Of a stretch of 46,593 bases of DNA, positions 1-9,737 are shown piece by piece. Origin of the DNA: Piedraia hortae CBS 480.64 (taxonomy: Eukaryota); NCBI GenBank assembly GCA_010093745.1, contig MU006039.1:1-46593 (forward strand), in the 5' to 3' direction. Position numbers and translations under genes: made by a program. Numbering within the stretch: the first letter of the stretch is position 1; each line of letters begins with the position of its first letter. Under the pieces are notes generated by a model, which searched no databases, was not told where the DNA came from, and saw only the letters and a program-made list of their open reading frames with translations.

Positions 1-209
1 TGTTGTGAATATGCGGTATATTACGCGCATTATTAGTAACCGTCGCTCGGCTCTCGACTTCACGCGTCAACTAGTTTTCCGTAGAGATTTGTATGCAGGT
101 ACACATCTGCTCACAAATATAATAGAAGGCCCGTGCGTAGCCTCGTATGAAAAGTCACCAATCGTATGACCGTAAGCAAGTGGTCATATATGCAATAAGA
201 CCGTAGGCA
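1..209. mobile_element. LTR-like element (solo or terminal LTR of a second retroelement) inserted into the copia RT
   Basis: Bounded by TG (1-2, TGTTG) and CA (208-209). The first 79 bp recur exactly at 46515-46593. Internal repeat GACCGTAAGCA/GACCGTAGGCA. Copia RT homology starts abruptly right after it. The reverse complement (TGCCTACGG...CACAACA) reads like a fungal LTR, so orientation may be minus. Confidence 0.7.
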
Positions 210-1385
210 TGCAGTCACCCATGCTTTGGCAACAGGAGTTGACCAACTTCCTACGAAGCATAAGCTTCACACCTCTATGGAGTGACGCTTGTCTGCTACG
301 CGATGGTGCGGGCACGCTAATTGTGATATACGTGGACGATATACTTATCGCCGCGTCAACCGTCGAAAAGATCCAGCACAGTGCCAACTTACTTGGTCAG
401 CAGTTCCGTCTGCAATCCCTTGGAGACATAAGTTTTTACCTCGGGTACAGGATCTTGCGCGATCGAACGAAGCGACAAGTCAACATGGTTCAAGACGCCT
501 TCGTGACACAGACAGTTGACGCATACCACATGGATAACGATGACGAGTCCGAATTACCGCTCAGCCCAAGGGAAGAGCCGAGGGCTGCGAAAGCAGAAGC
601 AGGCGAAGATTACACCCCGCCGGCCAACCTGAAACATCGTTATCAATCACTAATGGGTAAGCTAACGTGGCTCGCAACGCAAACTCGCCCGGACATTGCG
701 TTCGCGGCCGGAAAGCTGTCGAGGTACATACACAAGCCAAACGACGCACACCTCGGCGCAGCCAAGCGTATCGTACGATATCTTAAGGGCACTGCAAGAT
801 ACGGCATTGTATTCCGAGGAAACGAAACAGGCGAACTCGGCCTGAAGGGCTACGCGGATGCTTCACATGCAGACGACGTGGACACACGTCGCTCCTCAAG
901 CGCATACATCTTCATGCTCGCCGGGGGGGCCCATCGCCTGGAAATCCGGGCGGCTGCCACTGGTCACTCTGTCCTCTACAGAGTCCGAATACTGCACCCT
1001 CAGTATAGCGGCCAAGGAGGCCATTGCAGTGGCGCGCTTGCTGGAAGAACTGAATTACACTGGAGACATCAAGCCGGTTACACTGTTTGAGGACAATAAG
1101 CCAGCCATAAGCTTGGTCTGCCAGGACGAAGATGCTACGTCTGACGGCAGAACTAGACATGTCGATGTACGGTGGCACTTCGTACGCGGAAGGTCTGCTC
1201 GTGGAGATGTTTCGGTGGAATGGATCTCAACCGACAAGCAAGCCGCCGACGGGTTAACCAAAGCACTCAATTACGTCAAGTTTACCAGGTTCCGGTGTGC
1301 AGCTGGAGTCCAAGACTGCACCGAAGCGATCGAAGATGGAACAATGGCGCGACAAGGGGGTGAGGCGAGTGATGCCGCGCATTGA
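210..1385 (+). mobile_element. Ty1/copia pol fragment (RT C-terminal half + RNase H), 5'-truncated and frameshifted
   Basis: QSPMLW, YVDDIL, YQSLMGKL-TRPDIA, GYADA in ORF 209-1090. RNase H motifs STESEY, EDN, RHVDVRWHFVR, ADGLTKAL in ORF 858-1385. Frame change at the G7 run 923-929. Confidence 0.95.
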
Positions 1386-1511
1386 GGTGGTGGCTGTCGG
1401 TGCGTCTTGGAGTTTCTCAGGTTTTCGCCCAAAGGATTTCCCTGAGTTCATTCAGGTTGTCATTGACACCTGCATGGCAAATACACTCCAGGTCACAAGC
1501 AACAAGGGGTG

Positions 1512-1730
1512 GGTTGAAGGATGTGTCACCTCATGACCATGTACAACGTCCTTTCATGTATGCAGCACATACAACTATACCATTTTTATGTCTTAGTGTA
1601 CTCACACTATCAGTTCGTCCCATTTAACTTGAGGACATTTCTTCCCCGTCCCATGTACGCTCAGGAGTAGCGTCATCCTCGACCATTGTATCCCAATGAC
1701 CTCGACCGGCTCGACCGTTACATTCAAACA
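1512..1730 (+). mobile_element. Probable 3' LTR of the copia element, preceded by a polypurine tract
   Basis: AAGGGGTGG purine-rich tract about 1504-1512, then (G)GTTGAA...TTCAAACA imperfect terminal inverted repeat ending in CA at 1730. Cassette homology starts shortly after. Confidence 0.55.
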
Positions 1731-1952
1731 TCTCGTTACGCCTATCTGTACTTCCATAGTTTGGCTAAGGAATGAAGACATTGGGCAAGGTAATATCATG
1801 GAAACATATACCGAGACGCAAATTCTAGGCTTCCTATCAACGCACTGTAGAGGTCCCATCCGTCTCGGACAATAGTTAGGAATCCAACGATTTCGCTCAC
1901 AGAACCGTTAGATCGTAAAATAGTTACCAAAATCATGAAAGAAACCTTAAAG

Positions 1953-2284
1953 CTACCTAGTTCGGAGGCAGATCTTTCTCCATAGCCGACGACAGGTGCA
2001 ACAGCCTCGCTTTTGCTTCCTCCCAATATTCAAAGTATATTTTAGAGGCTTCGCCGCTGGGAGGTTTACCCCAAACGAGAAGCCGTAGGGTGTGATAGTA
2101 TTGCCGTAAGGAAGGTACATTGCATTTTGTTCGATTTCTGTCTAGTTAACGAAATGTTTTACATGTTTCAGGCGTGAAAGTATACACCTGACTCTGTAGC
2201 TCGTCTATCCAGAATCGGAGCGCAGTGAGCGACAAGTACCGTCGCAACACTGATTATATTGGCGAGTGTGGTGATGATTTGCAT
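1953..2284 (-). CDS. Small secreted protein A, copy 1 (2 exons, about 93 aa; C-terminus frameshifted relative to copy 2)
   Basis: Exon 2284-2188 MQIITTLANIISVATVLVAHCAPILDRRATES, GT-AG intron 2187-2138, exon 2 to TAG at 1953. Same 97-bp exon 1 and intron position as the paralog at 22123. Confidence 0.5.
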
Positions 2285-3081
2285 GTTTTGTGTATAGTGT
2301 GCAAGCGGTGGGTTGTGTTGGCTGAAAAGGGTCGTTGTGAAGAGTTCTATGCACGGGTGGACACAGTGAGGGCGATAGCGGTGTAGAACGCAGTGCCTGC
2401 ACGTGGGATTGGCTGAGACTGTTCTATAATTCTTAATGATTTTAGGTATACAGTTCACATGACAGCTCCATGACACCTGTTACTGGGTCCGCTTTCGCTA
2501 TGTCAAGAATCTGATAGAGGTATGCAAGTTGCGGAGCAGAAGTGAATATCAGCTAACACATCGTCGGTACTTTGTGCATGTGTGACCCTTTTCCTCTTCC
2601 TTCCAAAAGCGGATCAAACTTCCTTTCCAAGACAATTTTGTCATCATACAAATGGCATGCAGTGGTTTGACGCTTCTCTGCATTCCTACAGTCAGCGAAC
2701 TGATCGCTACGCACGAAACAACTATTTCACAAGAGCGCTCGACCAGCCCCACCGAGTTACAGAACCCGGGTTGTCTGAGACAATGAAACAATGCTCCTTG
2801 TTCCATTACCTCAACTTGGGGTTAGGTACCGAAGGGTTCGATTACATTGTGATCAAGGACAAAGAACTCATCACTGTCTAGGGGAAAAGGGCAGATACCA
2901 CAATGTGGCCATTGTCGATGGTCAGATGTCAATGGCATTGTGTTCGTTGAAGTGTTTAGCAGCACTGTTTCGCTTTGCACCTTATAAGCCTCAAGTCCGC
3001 CATCCTTCTGTTCATATCACTCATCAACTTGCATTGCATTGCATCTCATCGCATCCACAATCATCTGCATACACTTACAGC

Positions 3082-4392
3082 ATGTTCAGCACCGTCAACA
3101 CTCTCACCCTCGTCTCTGGTCTTCTAAGCTCGGCTGGTCCAGCTCTTGGTCATTCCTGGATCGACGAGTTCCAGGTCATCGGCCCCAACGGCAGCTACAC
3201 CGGCGATCGCGGCTTTGCTCGTGGGTATGTTGCACGCACCGACCCCTCCTTTAACGGCTTCTCAGTGAACTACCAGGTGCCATCTGATGAATCCGGCCGC
3301 ATCCGGATCAACTCATCGGACCTCCTCTGCCACCCCTCTCAGCGTGCTTCCAACTACACAAACCCTAGCTACCCAATGCTGCAGGTCCAGCCAGGCAGCC
3401 ACGTAGCCATGAAGTACCTGGAGAACGGCCACGTCACCCTGCCCTGGAACCAGCTCGGCAAGCCAAAGGCCGGCGGCACCGTTTTCGTCTATGGCACCAC
3501 TCAGCCGTCTGAATCTGAAAAGATGGTCGACGTTCTTCGATGGACTAAAGACGGCAAAGGCGGCAACGGCCGTGGCTTTTTGATGGCCGCTCAGGCCTAC
3601 GACGATGGTAGGTGCCATCAGCTCAACTGCGGAAACGTCTCCCTCGCCCGCCAGGTCCTCTATCCCAACCACGTTCCGGGCCAGCCCACCTCAAGCCTGG
3701 AGCAGTGGTGCGAGAGCAACGTCCACATCCCCGCATCTCAGCCAGAGGGCAGGTTGACAGTTTATTGGGTCTGGCAGTGGCCCACGGAGCCGAACGCTGA
3801 CTGCACCTATCCGGGTGGCAAGGATGAGTACTACACCACCTGTGCTGACTTCAACGTTGTGAACTCTGTTCCTCGGCCAGCATCCTCGCACACTCTTGCA
3901 CAGGAGAACCCGCAAACAGCAGCGGTGAGCAATTTCCGCAGCCGCACAGCTTACACTACTTCGCCAACCATCGTCACGATGAGCGGGAGCAAGACAATCA
4001 ATGCCCCCTCCGCTGGTGCAACGCAGGATGGTGCTTGTACAAATCCCAACCCAGCTCCTGTGCCTGCTTCGTGTGATCCTGTGACCGTCTTCGACGGTGC
4101 AGCTTACACTTCTGCCTTGGAGGTCAACAAGCAGCTTGCGGGCTTGACACAGAGTCTCAGCGCTGCTACGACGCATGCTACATCTGCAGCTACGATGAGT
4201 TATGTTAGCGCCTCTGCAACGTGTGGAGCGTCCATGGTAAGTTCTGCGACCCCTGTAGTGACAGCAACGAGCTCTGAAAACTCGACCGAGTTCCAGACTA
4301 TCATGACGGTTGGACCGGCCATTCTTACGACGACATCGTACGCCTTTAGCGTCACAATGGCAGCTGGGGCACATCCTCGCGATTTTCACTAG
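3082..4392 (+). CDS. Secreted His1 (His-brace) LPMO-like protein of an uncharacterised fungal family (DUF7492-like), with Ser/Thr-rich tail, 436 aa; gene B copy 1
   Basis: Signal peptide MFSTVNTLTLVSGLLSSAGPALG then HSW; motifs KYLENGHVT, WCE, VYWVWQWP, EYYTTCADF; TATA-like TTATAA about 100 bp upstream. True start is likely ATG 3082, not 2791. Confidence 0.8.
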   Translation: MFSTVNTLTLVSGLLSSAGPALGHSWIDEFQVIGPNGSYTGDRGFARGYVARTDPSFNGFSVNYQVPSDESGRIRINSSDLLCHPSQRASNYTNPSYPMLQVQPGSHVAMKYLENGHVTLPWNQLGKPKAGGTVFVYGTTQPSESEKMVDVLRWTKDGKGGNGRGFLMAAQAYDDGRCHQLNCGNVSLARQVLYPNHVPGQPTSSLEQWCESNVHIPASQPEGRLTVYWVWQWPTEPNADCTYPGGKDEYYTTCADFNVVNSVPRPASSHTLAQENPQTAAVSNFRSRTAYTTSPTIVTMSGSKTINAPSAGATQDGACTNPNPAPVPASCDPVTVFDGAAYTSALEVNKQLAGLTQSLSAATTHATSAATMSYVSASATCGASMVSSATPVVTATSSENSTEFQTIMTVGPAILTTTSYAFSVTMAAGAHPRDFH

Positions 4393-4704
4393 CGAGACTG
4401 AAGGATAGATAGTTTTTTTGAGAAGATGATTGACAAATTTTTTTTACACGCTCTTGCGTCCCTTTTCCATTGTTTCATTCTGGATTTTGTATGCTCGGGA
4501 CCAATCGAAGGGAATAAATCATGCCCGTAGATCGGAAAAGCTACTTTCATCTGAGCTAGATAATTGCCGTATATATCCTTCCTGCTACATAAGCCCTCCT
4601 CACGGCTAAATTGTCATTCTCGGAATTATGTAGACTTTTCCTCACAAACGCGGAACTCACCCTCCTTGCGCTCCCGGGCCCTCTTGGCCGTCTCCACCTT
4701 GGCC

Positions 4705-5479
4705 TCATGATACTGGCGAACAATCTCCACATTTTTGTTGGGAGGGGAATGCCTCTTCAGCAGAGCGGCTTTCCTCCATGTCAACCGTGACCTGCCCAGG
4801 AATACCTCGCTTCGCCAGAACATCCTCGAACGCATCTTGCTGGGAGGAGGAAGTCTCTTCTGCAAAGCGACTCTCCTTTATATCAATCATGACTTGTGCG
4901 GGAATACCCCGCTCCTCCACCTTCACCTCAGTCCGCAGGGTGGAAGGTGCCGGAGAAGCGCTGGGGGGTACGGAACCTGTACCTCGCGTTAGTGACCTTT
5001 TACCCTTCTATATCAAGGACAGCACGTACTTAAATATGCGGTATGATTGACTCTCGTTGGTTTGGAGCCTGTACCTCGCATTAGCAGCCATTCTCGTCGC
5101 CTTCATCAGGGTTTGCACGTACTTAAATAAGCGCTATGGTTGATTATGCTAGCATAGTTGCTCGGTGCAGAGCCTGTACCTCGCATTAGTAGCCATATTT
5201 TTACATAAGAGGTCTCACATACTTAGATACGCGCTGTGATTGACTAAACTTGATGTAGAACCTGTACCCGTCAGTAACTCTTTCTTGCCGCCTGCATGGA
5301 AAGGTGCACATGCTTGGATATGCACTATGATTGACTACGCTGGGCGCAATACTCAAGTATGCGCTATGATTAAGTATCTTCGGCGCAGAATCTGAAGATG
5401 TGCTATGGTTAATTATGACTGGCGCAGAAAAAGCGTCCGCGACAAAGAGTGCTATAGCACCAGCAAGAATCAACTGCAT
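4705..5479 (-). CDS. Secreted repeat protein C encoded with symmetric micro-exons (188 aa as assembled)
   Basis: Exons 5479-5314, 5261-5223, 5173-5123, 5068-5030, 4976-4705. Four phase-1 introns of 49-54 bp with CTRAY branch sites and shared GGTACAG acceptors. The spliced frame stays open. Signal peptide MQLILAGAIALFVADAFSAP, six NH[S/T] repeats, two RGIPxQV..ESR.AEE repeats. Confidence 0.8.
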
Positions 5480-5534
5480 TGTGAATTTTGATATTATAAG
5501 AGCTGATGGAAAAGTTTTGCGTGTGCGAGAGAGT

Positions 5535-5538
<4 letters not shown>

Positions 5539-5565
<27 letters not shown>
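5539..5565. repeat. (TG)13 microsatellite upstream of gene C
   Basis: Perfect TG dinucleotide run about 60 bp upstream of the ATG at 5479. Confidence 0.95.
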
Positions 5566-5570
<5 letters not shown>

Positions 5571-6171
5571 GGACTAGTGGCTGGAACTGAATTTTCGTCC
5601 TTGGCTAGGGGAGAGACTTTACCGAATGTGTGAATTAGAGTTGACAACTCGCGATGATCTTTACTGAGAGAGGAAGTTAAGCACGTAGCCAGCGGGGCTG
5701 ACAGCTGTCAGCTGACAGGTCATTTGTTCTCGAGATGACGTTGCAACAGCAGACATGCCTCGTAGCGGAAACCTGTTTTCGGGTGAAATCATAGGAAATG
5801 CGGTTTGTAAATGCTTACATGCTCATTGGCAGCGAGGCTGCAGCCGACAAGAAATTTTCACAAGTGCAATCTGTCATCCAGACCTTTACCTGATCAGTCT
5901 TTGATGCCAGAAGCTCAAGTCCACCTAGCGAGGGGGATAAGAAGGTATGTCACATCGCAGCAGTATTAGTGCCTGACCCACTTCCCTTTTGCTGGTCAGT
6001 CTATACTGAGATGCATGGCAAACATTTCCTTCGTCAGTTCAACAGAAACATTTCATAAAGCCTACCGTGCCGCCTCTACCTCTACCCACCTCCTTTCCTT
6101 CCTTCTCATTCGAAAGCCCCAAGAACCATAGGAACACTTCAACACCGAACACCAGCCAAAAAGCGAAAATT

Positions 6172-6825
6172 CTACTTCGGAATCGGCACAGCGCCCTTCT
6201 CCCTCTCCTTCTTTTCTTCCTCCTCGTCTACGTCATCGGGGGTGATGCCCTTGTGGAGCGCGTGTTCCTTGAGAGGGCTGTGCGGGGTAGTTGGATGTGC
6301 GGCCGAAGGCGTAGACGTCGTATTCGCAGCGCCGGCGCTGTTACCAGCCGGAGTGAGCAAAGAAGAGATCGAAGTGGGCGGAGACCCGATCAGGTGCGGA
6401 GACTGCTGACCCGGTGAGAGGTGAGGAATCGTATCAGGCCTGTGATTTAGTCTTGTTAGCAAAAACCCAGCAATAGGAAGGAATCTGCCGTCCAACTCAA
6501 AGGAGTCTGCCTCGGTAGAATGTATGCCCTTCACCAGCGCCCCAAATCAAGCCTAGACCATCTCCACAGCCCCATCCAGAATCAGAAAGAAAGAGGGCAA
6601 TACATACGAAGGATGCTCCCTGCCCAGTCCACCGGAAACCGCATCCGATTTCCCCGCCTTAGACATTGCATAGTCGCCCGAATCAAAGTACTTGCGCTCC
6701 TTCAGCTTATTCTGCAGCAGGTCCTGGCGGTTAGGGAGCTTGCCGTATAGGCGGAAAAGCTTCGCCTCCTCCTCCGAGAGCGACGAAATGTCGACTTTGT
6801 TCTTCTGATGAGGATTGACTGCCAT
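6172..6825 (-). CDS. IGO1: Endosulfine/ARPP19 family phosphoprotein (Igo1-like)
   Basis: LYGKLP and RKYFDSGDYAMSKAG signature. Intron 6607-6440 (GTATGT...GCTAAC...CAG) joins exon 2 PDTIPH... to the stop at 6172. Confidence 0.9.
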
Positions 6826-7442
6826 TCTTGCGATCGCGGTGGCGTTAGCGTTAGGCGTTAGGGAAGCCCTATTTTTGCTGAATGGTAGGGGCAATTCAAA
6901 GGCAGGAAGTCTTTGCGCTAGAGTGGTCTCGCGTGGACTGTGAGAAAAAAAAGCCAAGGAGGGGTGAGGTTCGGCGTTGGTTGATCTGGTGATCAGTTTC
7001 GCACGTGACTGTGGGGTTGGAAACAACCATCAAGTAGGGGTGGGGGGCGTCACTTGACAGGCTGTGTGTAGCTGTGTGTGGCGCTGACGTTAGGGCAACA
7101 AACTCGGGGTTGAATATGACATCAACGGCACAATGAGATAGAGGTGCAGTTGAAAAAAAAGATTTCCTTCCGTATATTACATCGCCTTGAGGTTGGAGTC
7201 GAACAGATTGAATCTGACAAGCTGAAGACCAGTGCCAATGCAATGAACAAATAAGATCAATTTGAGCCGATTTGTACACTTGTGTTCCCGAGGGTAACTC
7301 CTTCAAATACGAATGCTCTTTGGTCGATTCGTATATATCTGCAACTGAACCTCCAGTGTCTCGCAGCGTTGTAGATAGCAAACTTCCCACCTCATTCCCA
7401 TCCCAGCCAGTCCCATTCGCCTGTTCCTTTATAACATGTCCA

Positions 7443-9737
7443 TCAAACCCTCACAACAGGTACAACGCTGACTCTTCCATGCGCGCAAACGAATGGCAAA
7501 TCACACCGCGCCAGCCTGCTTATCAAGGCAGTGCACTCCTCTTTGTTCAGCAAGTCATTAAACATGATCGCAGAGCGGCACGCCCTCGAACAAAGCATTT
7601 CTCGAATCCTAGTCGGACACGAGGTATTCCCGCCCTCCTCCGCAGTCCAGGCCTCTGCTCGCAATAAATCTCTCAAAATCCTCGGGTTCGCGAGACACCT
7701 TTCTGCGATACCAACAGGCAACGAGCGGATCTTGATCACCTCTGACAAATCGTAGGTGATGCCCCATTTGGCAAAGTAGGATGCGTGGCGGGCGAACAGA
7801 GCCAGTTCTTTAGATGTAAGTTTGAACAGTGGGGGGTTGGTAGGGATGTGGGCTTTCACGGCTGATGTGTGGCCTGTATTGGAGAATATAGATTCCGTGG
7901 CAGGGGAATGGAGTTCTGAGAGGAGATCCTCGAGGATGATCCGTTCGGATGCGGCGTGTTGGTCAACCAGAATGAGTAGTGTTTCTGCCACGCAGGGCAC
8001 GCTGCAGAGTATGAATTTGCCGTCTACTTGATTGATGACCCGTGATTGGGATAGCTGGGCCTTGGAGATCCGTAATGTGTCTGATAGGATGCCCTCACCA
8101 AGGCAGTCATGCTTTGTAACTTTTGCATCTGGCCCTTGGAGGGCCTGGATGGGTTGCTCCGCCGGGCAAGCGAATACGGGATTCTGCCAATCTTGGATGA
8201 ATTTTGGAGGAACTTTGTCAGTTTGATCTGAGCACTTCATTAATCTAGTACTGCTCATTCTTTTAACAGTGTCTCCATTTCTTATATCGTCTCTCTTCCG
8301 CATCATCAAAACAGCGCCGGTGCGAGAATTTACTTGGAAACCTTCTCTTGTCACTGGATTGGTCCAGTTCATTGAGCCATCTGTTCGACCTTCAGCTTCG
8401 TCTGCGGCTCGCAAAAGCTCGGCCTCGTCTATGCTGCCAAATTCACTGGATGGTTGTTTAACAGTCTTGCATTCACTGCATACCACGTCAGCAGATGCCG
8501 ACTCAATCAAATGTTTACTGGGACGGCTCTGGGCACCAGCTCTTATACGACTACATTCCCCTCGAAAGTTAACACGATCAGGAGCAGGACCTTCTGGCTC
8601 AACCCGTGATCGCTTCTTACGAGGCTGGAAATGGTGTGCGACGAGCCACTGGCGCACGGTAGCTTCGAGCAAATCAGCAGCCGCTTCCTGTACAGATTCC
8701 TCACTGCTCCGACGACCGAGTTGCAGACGAATTACAAACATCGGCCAGCGATCGACGCTCTTACGGCCAGCAGACTCTTCCTCCAAGTCAACGCCAAAGG
8801 AGCTGTTGGCAACTGTCTTGTTGACAATGTCAAAAAGATTTCCGTGAGTGGAGGGCAAGCACGGCCGCACACCGATGCTGATAAATTGGCACTGCTTTGT
8901 TGGGGCCGGTTTAAGGCAAAGCAGGCCCTGCACCGAAAGGCCGCCAGCTGAAGCTCTGACGGGGATCCAGTCTGGGCGGTTCTGGGCAAAGCTCGCTTGG
9001 AAAACGACGGGCAACTTGTCTTTTAAGTTCGCCTTGTGTCCTCTGTGCAAGAGATTCCTTTGGGTTAGGGGAAAGGAAGACCCCAGCGTAAAAGTCCGTG
9101 TACCGTCCCTGACATTGACTACGCAGAGTCTGGGCGAAGCAAGTAAGAGAGACACAATACGGTACTTGAGCTCCCGCCAGGCCGTCTCGGCGCCGCGTCC
9201 GCTTAAGGCCACATCTCGCTGCTTTACGCGGACGGGCATGTTGCCACAGAGGTCGGACACCGACACACGGGTACCGCAGCTTTCTAGAGAACTGGAAGCA
9301 TCTGGACATAGCATTTGAACCATCCTCCCGCGGTGCAGGACCAGGGTACAAGGCAGCTCATGTTGGCCGTGGAGGGAGGAGATCTTGAGCAGAGAAAGGG
9401 CGGCTATGGAGGATAAATCTGTCCCCTTGGAACCGCAGGTCTCGCCATCTATGTTTTTGGACGTACAGTGAGCCCTGGCGAGGTTGCAAAAGTCATCAGG
9501 CAGAATGCCGCTGCCATCGTCGTCTATGGAGCAGCTGCCGCGAGCGAGATCAACGGCAATTTCAACACGGCCAGCGCCAGCGTCCAGGCTATTTTTGAGT
9601 AGAGCAATGACAGCATCGGTCACCGTGACGACCTGTCGTGACGAATGCAATTGAACGGCGTGGTCAAGTGAGAGCGGGCGGATTCGCGGGGCGGCGGGGG
9701 CAGAGACGTTGACCCCTTTGTCACCGACACCAATCAT
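7443..9737 (-). CDS. MLH3: MutL homolog MLH3, compact
   Basis: N-terminal KNSLDAGA, DDGSGI, GTRVSVSDL-NMPVR; C-terminal DQHAASERIILE endonuclease motif, ACRSAIMFND and PFVCAHGR. Start codon uncertain. Confidence 0.9.
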   Translation of the reverse strand: MIGVGDKGVNVSAPAAPRIRPLSLDHAVQLHSSRQVVTVTDAVIALLKNSLDAGAGRVEIAVDLARGSCSIDDDGSGILPDDFCNLARAHCTSKNIDGETCGSKGTDLSSIAALSLLKISSLHGQHELPCTLVLHRGRMVQMLCPDASSSLESCGTRVSVSDLCGNMPVRVKQRDVALSGRGAETAWRELKYRIVSLLLASPRLCVVNVRDGTRTFTLGSSFPLTQRNLLHRGHKANLKDKLPVVFQASFAQNRPDWIPVRASAGGLSVQGLLCLKPAPTKQCQFISIGVRPCLPSTHGNLFDIVNKTVANSSFGVDLEEESAGRKSVDRWPMFVIRLQLGRRSSEESVQEAAADLLEATVRQWLVAHHFQPRKKRSRVEPEGPAPDRVNFRGECSRIRAGAQSRPSKHLIESASADVVCSECKTVKQPSSEFGSIDEAELLRAADEAEGRTDGSMNWTNPVTREGFQVNSRTGAVLMMRKRDDIRNGDTVKRMSSTRLMKCSDQTDKVPPKFIQDWQNPVFACPAEQPIQALQGPDAKVTKHDCLGEGILSDTLRISKAQLSQSRVINQVDGKFILCSVPCVAETLLILVDQHAASERIILEDLLSELHSPATESIFSNTGHTSAVKAHIPTNPPLFKLTSKELALFARHASYFAKWGITYDLSEVIKIRSLPVGIAERCLANPRILRDLLRAEAWTAEEGGNTSCPTRIREMLCSRACRSAIMFNDLLNKEECTALISRLARCDLPFVCAHGRVSVVPVVRV

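Larger units (their letters stand above)
1775..4750. repeat. Left arm of the inverted segmental duplication (pairs with about 19720-22600)
   Basis: Apparently identical core about 2629-3977 vs about 20387-21735 (identical translations in several frames), a few SNPs to 4146, and diverged but alignable flanks on both sides. Confidence 0.9.

Noticed and set aside
230..234. CAACA as an LTR end matching TGTTG at position 1
   Set aside because: It lies within conserved copia RT codons (WQQ). The boundary at 209 fits better.
923..929. Programmed ribosomal frameshift at the G7 run in copia pol
   Set aside because: RT and RNase H are normally one frame in copia; a slippage mutation or sequencing error is simpler.
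2791..3081. N-terminal 97-aa extension of the 533/451-aa ORFs
   Set aside because: It precedes a clear signal peptide at ATG 3082 and contains the TATA-like element. Its identity between copies reflects the repeat, not coding constraint.
4977..5320. CRISPR-like repeat/spacer appearance (CCTGTACCTCGCATTAG recurring about every 95 bp)
   Set aside because: The repeats are spliceosomal branch/acceptor sequences on the minus strand in a eukaryotic gene; no cas genes.
5695..5718. Palindrome CTGACAGCTGTCAG and similar short dyads at 19405-19575
   Set aside because: Too short and isolated to assign a function.
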